Source: a bacterium (lineage in GTDB: Bacteria; UBP7; UBA6624). From it: a DNA stretch of 32,000 nucleotides. Position numbers and translations under genes: made by a program. Shown piece by piece: positions 26,066 to 32,000 of the stretch. The stretch lies in contig PBAU01000003.1 in the NCBI GenBank assembly GCA_002716355.1, forward strand, positions 270,001-302,000, read 5' to 3'. Each line of letters opens with the position of its first letter. Position 1 is the stretch's first letter. The notes under the pieces were generated by a model. It ran no database searches. It was not told the origin of the DNA and saw nothing but the letters and a program-made list of their open reading frames with translations.

Positions 26066-28265
26066 TGAAAAAATATTCCCAATACCGAAAATAAAAAGTA
26101 AAGACTTTTCAAAAGAGAAAAAAGACTTTTCAAATTGGCTGAAGAAAATTAATAAAAAATATCCAAAAAAAGTAAACACGCCATTATTGAAAGACGCATT
26201 CAGTTTATCTCTTTTTGCACACAGGGATCAAAAAAGAGAAAATGGTGACAATTACATCAGTCATCCTTTAGCTGTTGCAAAAATAATGACCGAAGAAGTT
26301 TATGTTGATAATGAAACCGTATGCGCTGCCCTTCTGCATGATGTTTTAGAAGACACCAAGATAACAAGAAGTCAAATAAATTCTTATTTTGGTGAACCAA
26401 CTTCAATGCTGGTTAACAATGTTACAAAAATGACAAACATAATCAATGAATCTTCAACATTAAGAGAAGAAAATCTGAAAAAAATATTTTTATTAACATT
26501 TTCTGACCCAAGAACATTAATGATTAAAATTTCTGACAGGATACACAACTTAAGCACATTAGATGGGATAAAAGAACCAAAAAGAATCGAAAGAATAGTT
26601 AGAGAAAGTTCTAATTTTTACTCCCCTCTTTCTTCTAGATTTGGATTAAACAACTTAAAACAATCACTTGATGATCAGATATTTAAAATATTAAATCAAG
26701 AAGAATACGATGAAACTTACAAAACAATTAAAAATATAGCCCCTAGGAAAAAAAGAGCTCTTTCTGTTGTTTCAAAAAAAATACAAAATAAAATTAAAAA
26801 AGATTTTCCAAAATGTGAATTCAAAATAAAAAATCGAAAAAAAAGTATCCATAGCATATGGAGAAAAAAAATTGAACAAAACTTAAATTTTGAAGAAATT
26901 AGAGATATTTACGCAATAAGAATAATTGCCAAAACAAAAAATGACTGCTATAAAATTTTAGGATCAGTACATTCTCAATATGAACCACTGCAAGGTTTTT
27001 TTCACGACTATATAGCTGCGCCAAAAAATAATGGCTACAGATCAATACATACTGTGATAACAACAAAGATAATGCCTTTCATTGAAGTTCAAATAAGAAC
27101 AACAGAAATGAATGAAATCTGCGAATGGGGTGAAGCTGCACATTGGATATATAAAAAAGATGCAATGAATCCATCTATAGAAAAAAATCTGAACAAGATG
27201 CAAAAAGCAAGGGTCAATTTCAAATTTGGAATAAAAAAAGACGAAACTAAAGGTTTTGTTGATGAGTTAAAAAATAATTTCTTTCAGGAAAGAATATTTG
27301 TATACACTCCAAAAGGTGACAAAATCAGTCTTCCAAAAAATTCAACTGCCTTAGATTTTGCTTTTGCAGTTCATTCAGAGTTGGGATCCAAAACAAAAAA
27401 AATAAAAATCAACGGAAAAATAGAAAAGCTTCATAAAAAATTAAAAATTGGAGATGAAGTTGAAATAATTAAAAATTCAAAAACTTCAATTAAGCCAAAT
27501 TGGATATTCAAAACAATTACATCTCAAGCAAAAAGAGAGATTAAAAATCATCTTAAAAAAATCAATAAGACAATGATTGAAAAATCTGGGAAAATGAAAC
27601 TAAATGAAATAATCAAAGAAAAAGGCCTGTATCATCTGCACCTCACAAATAGAGATAACTTAAAAGATAGTAAAATTTTTAATGATCTTTTGATCCAAGA
27701 CAAAAATGATCTTTTTTACAAGATTGGAGTTGAGGCTATAGATCCAGAAGAATTATTGGAAAAACTCCTTTCCGAAAAGCATGAAAAAATAAAAAAAGGC
27801 AAAATCCCAACACGCAAAAAAGATCCTACATTAAATGAAAAAAGATTTATATTTAAAAAAATAAAATACAAAAAAATATCAATATGTGAAAAAACAAGAC
27901 CAATACCAGGCGACAACATTATTGGAATTTTAAAAAATCAAAATTTAATCATCCAAAGAAAATTAAATCAAAAATTAACAGAACACATAAAGGTGAAATG
28001 GAACAAAAAAGAAAAATATATATATCAGTCTGAAATAATACTGACCTTGCTAAATAGAAAAGGTTCGCTTTTTGAAGTTTTACAAACGTTAAAAAAGCTA
28101 AATATAAACATATTGAATTCTGTTACAGAAGTTAAACCAATTAAACCTGAAGTTGGTTATGTAAAATGCATGATAGAAGTAGAAAATTTATCTGTGTTAA
28201 ACAACGTATTAAAAAATCTAAGAAAAGCTGAGTGTGTAATAGAGGCAAGAAGGTCTGTTTCATAA
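26058..28265 (+). CDS. rel: Bifunctional (p)ppGpp synthetase/hydrolase, RelA/SpoT homolog (long RSH)
   Basis: The hydrolase HD domain has HRDQKRENGDNYISHPLAVA, LLHDVLEDT and KISDRIHNL. The synthetase domain has RKKSIHSIWRKK, DIYAIRII, NGYRSIHTVI, EVQIRT and AAHWIYK. The TGS domain (IFVYTPKGD) and a C-terminal ACT-like domain follow. I prefer ATG 26058 over the track's TTG 26028. It overlaps recJ by 8 nt. Confidence 0.9.
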   Translation: MNDEKIFPIPKIKSKDFSKEKKDFSNWLKKINKKYPKKVNTPLLKDAFSLSLFAHRDQKRENGDNYISHPLAVAKIMTEEVYVDNETVCAALLHDVLEDTKITRSQINSYFGEPTSMLVNNVTKMTNIINESSTLREENLKKIFLLTFSDPRTLMIKISDRIHNLSTLDGIKEPKRIERIVRESSNFYSPLSSRFGLNNLKQSLDDQIFKILNQEEYDETYKTIKNIAPRKKRALSVVSKKIQNKIKKDFPKCEFKIKNRKKSIHSIWRKKIEQNLNFEEIRDIYAIRIIAKTKNDCYKILGSVHSQYEPLQGFFHDYIAAPKNNGYRSIHTVITTKIMPFIEVQIRTTEMNEICEWGEAAHWIYKKDAMNPSIEKNLNKMQKARVNFKFGIKKDETKGFVDELKNNFFQERIFVYTPKGDKISLPKNSTALDFAFAVHSELGSKTKKIKINGKIEKLHKKLKIGDEVEIIKNSKTSIKPNWIFKTITSQAKREIKNHLKKINKTMIEKSGKMKLNEIIKEKGLYHLHLTNRDNLKDSKIFNDLLIQDKNDLFYKIGVEAIDPEELLEKLLSEKHEKIKKGKIPTRKKDPTLNEKRFIFKKIKYKKISICEKTRPIPGDNIIGILKNQNLIIQRKLNQKLTEHIKVKWNKKEKYIYQSEIILTLLNRKGSLFEVLQTLKKLNINILNSVTEVKPIKPEVGYVKCMIEVENLSVLNNVLKNLRKAECVIEARRSVS

Positions 28266-28696
28266 TGAAATGTATACTCATGAGAGCAAAAAATATAAAA
28301 ATAACAGCAAATAAAAAAAATCATTCATTTTCAAAAGGTCTCATTCTTATATTAGGCATAGAAAAAAATGACACAAATGAGAAAAGTATAAAACTTTCCA
28401 AGCTCGTAAAAAAAACAGCAATATTTAATGATCATGAAAATAAAATAAAAATAAGCCCTAAGAAAAACACAAACATTCTTGTTGTTCCAAATTTCACACT
28501 TGCTGGAGAAATCAAGAAAGGAAAAATACCAGATTTTTCAAACTCCATGAAAGGCGTTAAGGCAAATACCATTTTCAGAAACGTTTGCGAAAAGCTAAAA
28601 AACGAAAAATTCAAAGTTTTCACAGGCTTCTTTGGTGAACACATGCAAATAGAAAATACTGTAGATGGTCCAGTTATCTACTCTTTCGAATTATAA
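28265..28696 (+). CDS. dtd: D-aminoacyl-tRNA deacylase
   Basis: Motifs ILVVPNFTLAGE (SQFTL-like), PDFSNSM and the C-terminal NTVDGPVIYSFEL (Gly-cisPro motif GP). ATG 28265 overlaps the rel TAA by 1 nt, whereas the track's GTG 28232 would add 11 non-homologous residues. The rel-dtd order is widely conserved. Confidence 0.85.
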   Translation: MKCILMRAKNIKITANKKNHSFSKGLILILGIEKNDTNEKSIKLSKLVKKTAIFNDHENKIKISPKKNTNILVVPNFTLAGEIKKGKIPDFSNSMKGVKANTIFRNVCEKLKNEKFKVFTGFFGEHMQIENTVDGPVIYSFEL

Positions 28697-28698
28697 AA

Positions 28699-29352
28699 AT
28701 GAAAAAATACAAAGATATAACAATAAGAAAATTTGAACAACCTCCCTTTGGGACAAACACTTATCTTCTAACCATTGAAAACAAAAAAGAAGCTATTGTT
28801 TTTGATCCAAGTGGTAATCCAGACGAAATAATCAACAAAGCAAAAGAAGAAGGACTAAGAATAAAAGATATATATTTAACACATGGGCATTTAGATCATT
28901 GGATTGGTTCAAAAAAAATACAAGATTTTTTTGAATGTGATATTCACCTTCACGAAAAAGACTTCAACCTTATCAATCCTGATTCAGGAAAAATGTTTGG
29001 ATTATTCAATCTACCTATTCCAAAAAATATAAAAAAAATTAATTTAAATCAAATTCAAATTTCAACAAAAAAAACTTTACAAGTTTTAGAGACCCCTGGT
29101 CATTGTCCTGGACATCTGACATTTACTGGAGATGGCTATGTTATATGTGGAGACTTAATTTTTCAAAACTCTATAGGGAGAATGGATCTTCCTGGAGGTA
29201 ACGAGAAGCAAATGAAGAAATCTTTAAAAAAATTTTTAGACAAGACTCCCAAGGGATATGATTTGCTGCCTGGACATGGCCCAATCACTCAATTAAAAAT
29301 AGAAATTGAATACAATTTATATCTAAAAAAAGGATGGCTAGATCAAAAATGA
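28699..29352 (+). CDS. MBL-fold metallo-hydrolase (glyoxalase II-like)
   Basis: 217 aa with the THGHLDHW (HxHxDH) motif, TPGHCPGH, a GD motif and a distal LPGHG His. Confidence 0.8.
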   Translation: MKKYKDITIRKFEQPPFGTNTYLLTIENKKEAIVFDPSGNPDEIINKAKEEGLRIKDIYLTHGHLDHWIGSKKIQDFFECDIHLHEKDFNLINPDSGKMFGLFNLPIPKNIKKINLNQIQISTKKTLQVLETPGHCPGHLTFTGDGYVICGDLIFQNSIGRMDLPGGNEKQMKKSLKKFLDKTPKGYDLLPGHGPITQLKIEIEYNLYLKKGWLDQK

Positions 29353-30812
29353 AGAAAATAAATTGCAATAAAAACATAATTAAACAATCTATTAAAGCTA
29401 ATATAGGAAACCTTATTGCTTCAGATTGCGAAGAGATGATTAAGCTTGGAGAGAAAGATATAAGAATCTCAAAAAGAGAAATGCCTGGATTGACAGAACT
29501 TTCAAAAGAGTACAAAAAAAAACAACCCCTTAAGGGAGCACGTATAACAGGTTGTTTACATATGACAGTTCAAACAGCGATACTTATTGAAACGCTAGTT
29601 GATTTAGGAGCTGATATAAGATGGTCTTCATGCAATATTTTTTCAACACAAGATCATGCAGCTTCATATATTGCCTCAAAAAATATCCCTGTATTTGCAT
29701 GGAAGGGTGAGACTTTAGAAGAATATTGGTGGTGTGTATTCCAATCATTAAACTGGCAAGGAAAAGGTCCTGATCTTATTGTTGATGATGGAGGGGATGT
29801 AACACTGCTAATACATCAAGGAGTTGAATTTGAGAAAAATGGAAAACTTGAAAATGAGACCAGCCTAGATCAAAAAACAATAAATGATTTACTTAAAAAA
29901 GTTCATAATGAATATGGTAATAAATATTGGCATCAAATTTCAAAATCAATTAAAGGAGTCAGTGAGGAAACAACTACGGGTGTTTTAAGATTGAATCAAA
30001 TGCATAATTCTGGAACCCTCCTGTTCCCCGCAATTAATGTGAATGATTCGGTAACTAAAAGTAAATTTGACAATATATACGGATGTAGGCACTCACTAGT
30101 TGATTCATTAAACAGAGCAACGGATAATTTAATAAGCGGAAAAAAAGCTCTTGTTTGTGGATATGGCGATGTTGGAAAAGGTTCATGTGAATCATTATTA
30201 GGTCAAAATGCTATTGTTGCAGTTGCTGAAATAGATCCAATATGTGCACTACAAGCCTGTATGAAGGGCCTAAGAGTAATGACTGTTGAAGAAGCTGTAA
30301 AAGAAAATTTCGATATATTTGTAACAGCTACAGGTAACAAGGATATTATCAATGTTGAACATATGAGAAAAATGAAAACCAATTCAATAGTCTGCAATAT
30401 AGGTCATTTTGACAATGAAATAGATATGGCTGGACTTGAAAAAATGCTAAAAGAAAAAAAGGCAAAAAAAGAAGAAATAAAAGAAAATGTTCACCTGTGG
30501 AGCTTTGAAGAAGAAAAAACTTCAATAATAATACTCGCTGAAGGAAGGCTTGTTAATCTGTCTTGTGCTACAGGGCATCCCTCGTTAGTTATGTCATGCT
30601 CATTTGCCAATCAGGTTTTAGCTCAAATTGACTTATTTAACAATAAGCATAAAATAGAAGTAACAACATTAAGCAAAAAATTAGATGAAAAAGTTGCACG
30701 ACTACATATGAAACACTTTAATGCAAATCTCACAGAACTAACTGAAATTCAAGGAGAGTATATACAAGTTCCGATTGAAGGTCCATACAAATCAGAAGAA
30801 TATCGCTATTAA
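29334..30812 (+). CDS. ahcY: Adenosylhomocysteinase
   Basis: Motifs [73 protein letters not shown] and GHFDNEID are present. The insertion of about 40 aa typical of many bacterial and plant enzymes is also there. An alternative ATG at 29349 would give an ATGA overlap with the upstream stop. Confidence 0.93.
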   Translation: MARSKMKKINCNKNIIKQSIKANIGNLIASDCEEMIKLGEKDIRISKREMPGLTELSKEYKKKQPLKGARITGCLHMTVQTAILIETLVDLGADIRWSSCNIFSTQDHAASYIASKNIPVFAWKGETLEEYWWCVFQSLNWQGKGPDLIVDDGGDVTLLIHQGVEFEKNGKLENETSLDQKTINDLLKKVHNEYGNKYWHQISKSIKGVSEETTTGVLRLNQMHNSGTLLFPAINVNDSVTKSKFDNIYGCRHSLVDSLNRATDNLISGKKALVCGYGDVGKGSCESLLGQNAIVAVAEIDPICALQACMKGLRVMTVEEAVKENFDIFVTATGNKDIINVEHMRKMKTNSIVCNIGHFDNEIDMAGLEKMLKEKKAKKEEIKENVHLWSFEEEKTSIIILAEGRLVNLSCATGHPSLVMSCSFANQVLAQIDLFNNKHKIEVTTLSKKLDEKVARLHMKHFNANLTELTEIQGEYIQVPIEGPYKSEEYRY

Positions 30813-30814
30813 AA

Positions 30815-31819
30815 ATGCATAAAAATGTTCTGATTACCGGCGGTTGCGGCTTTATCGGCAGTGCTTTTTTAAGAAAATTTGTACCAAAATACAAAAATAC
30901 AAACTTTATAAACCTAGACTTATTAACATATGCCGGAAACAAAAAAAATGTTGAAAAAATAAAAAAGTTCAATAATTACAGATTCATACATGGCGACATA
31001 AGGGATAAAAAAAAATTAAAAAAAATTTTTAAAAATATTGATTCTGTTATTCATTTCGCTGCTGAATCTCATGTTGATAGATCTATAGACAATTCTGATG
31101 AATTCATAAAAACAAACATACTTGGAACACATTGTCTTCTTGAAGAGTCAAAAAGAAATAATGTTGCTAAATTTATTGCAATAAGCACTGATGAAGTCTA
31201 TGGATCTCTTTCAGAATCAGATAAAGCTAGTACAGAAAACGACAAACTTCAACCAAGATCGCCCTACTCTGCATCAAAAGCATCATCAGATCTTCTTTGT
31301 CTTTCATATCATGAAACATTTGGAATGCATGTATGCATTACTCGATGCTCAAACAATTATGGCCCATATCAATATCCGGAAAAATTAATACCTGTACTTA
31401 TCAAAAAAATATTAAACAATGAAAAGGTACCTATATATGGAGATGGAAAAAATATTAGAGATTGGATTCATGTTGATGATCACGTAGAAGCTATAGAAAA
31501 AATTTGGCAAAACGGATCTGCTGGAGAGATTTACAACATTGGAGGAGATTCTCCGAAAAGAAACTTGGAAATAGCAAAAAAAGTATTATATCTTTTAGAA
31601 AAAGATGAAAAGAATATTCAATTTGTAAAAGACAGACCCGGTCATGACTGGAGATACGAAGTTAATGATAAAAAAATAAAAACAAATCTAGGCTGGAAGC
31701 CAAAAATTGATTTTTTACAAGGTATTGAAGATACGGTTAAATGGTATATTGAAAATCAAGACTGGTGGAAACCTTTATTAAAAGAAGCAGGAGGAAGAAG
31801 GGGCTTAAAGAATGAATAG
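30815..31819 (+). CDS. rfbB: dTDP-glucose 4,6-dehydratase
   Basis: 334 aa. An extended SDR with TGGCGFIGS, ISTDEVYG, YSASKASSD, RCSNNYGPYQ(Y)PEKLIP and DWRY. Confidence 0.9.
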   Translation: MHKNVLITGGCGFIGSAFLRKFVPKYKNTNFINLDLLTYAGNKKNVEKIKKFNNYRFIHGDIRDKKKLKKIFKNIDSVIHFAAESHVDRSIDNSDEFIKTNILGTHCLLEESKRNNVAKFIAISTDEVYGSLSESDKASTENDKLQPRSPYSASKASSDLLCLSYHETFGMHVCITRCSNNYGPYQYPEKLIPVLIKKILNNEKVPIYGDGKNIRDWIHVDDHVEAIEKIWQNGSAGEIYNIGGDSPKRNLEIAKKVLYLLEKDEKNIQFVKDRPGHDWRYEVNDKKIKTNLGWKPKIDFLQGIEDTVKWYIENQDWWKPLLKEAGGRRGLKNE

Positions 31820-32000
31820 AAAAAAAATAAGCAAACTTCTAGGAGCTCTTCTTTTAATAATATTCATTGGAACTGAAGCTTTCAAAAAGTGGGAGGGACT
31901 AGAAACAGCAGATGCACTTTACCTAACTGTAACAACGATAAGCACTGTCGGCAATGTTGCTGGACCTGAAACAAACCCAGGAAAACTCATAGGAATGCTT
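31812..32000 (+). CDS. K+-channel-like pore protein (MthK/TrkA-N type N-terminus), 3' end outside the window
   Basis: This ORF is absent from the track because no stop falls in the window. ATG 31812 overlaps the rfbB TAG by 8 nt. The translation is MNRKKISKLLGALLLIIFIGTEAFKKWEGLETADALYLTVTTISTVGNVAGPETNPGKLIGML, which is a TM, pore helix and filter layout. The filter reads TVGNV where TVGYG is expected. Confidence 0.55.
   Translation, partial: MNRKKISKLLGALLLIIFIGTEAFKKWEGLETADALYLTVTTISTVGNVAGPETNPGKLIGML

Noticed and set aside
1-32000. Alternative genetic code (UGA reassignment, as in some candidate phyla and Mollicutes), CRISPR arrays, tRNA/rRNA/ncRNA genes, prophage or transposon remnants, and a defence island.
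   Set aside because: TGA terminates several genes exactly at homolog-consistent ends (the hypothetical gene at 1254-1256, cca, alaS, recJ), so the code is standard. No spacer exceeds 43 bp, which leaves no room for RNA genes or arrays. I saw no integrase, transposase or phage-like ORFs and no flanking repeats.

Overview
This is an AT-rich bacterial chromosomal segment (roughly one-third G+C by eye, not computed) that is packed with genes. I support 26 protein-coding genes in five strand blocks. I found no rRNA, tRNA, CRISPR array, transposase, integrase or long repeat. With the gene models below, only about 211 of 32,000 nt are non-coding, and the largest spacer is 43 bp.

Most genes are housekeeping:
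- Translation and tRNA: alaS, ruvX, cca, dtd.
- Secretion, repair and stringent response: secD, secF, a minimal recJ, and a bifunctional rel.
- Metabolism: ahcY, rfbB, a 7Fe ferredoxin, an IscA-like Fe-S carrier, an ApgM-family mutase and a GH20 hexosaminidase.
- Transport: MscS, CaCA, ClC and a K+-channel-like protein.

Standard code 11 fits, because TAA, TGA and TAG all act as stops at homolog-consistent ends. I see no clear-cut new system. The items most worth follow-up are:
- a PolX-PHP protein whose polymerase catalytic Asp motif looks degenerate;
- a SNF2 ATPase with an uncharacterised C-terminal region of about 355 aa, translationally coupled to a YpdA-like flavoprotein and a GT-C/YfhO-like membrane protein;
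- an 892-aa secreted multidomain Ser-Asp-His hydrolase divergent from GH20;
- a four-gene operon joining Fe-S proteins, an ApgM-like enzyme and a small membrane protein;
- ClC and K+-channel homologs with non-canonical selectivity residues;
- the extreme gene packing itself.

All homology calls come from motif recognition by eye, not database searches.
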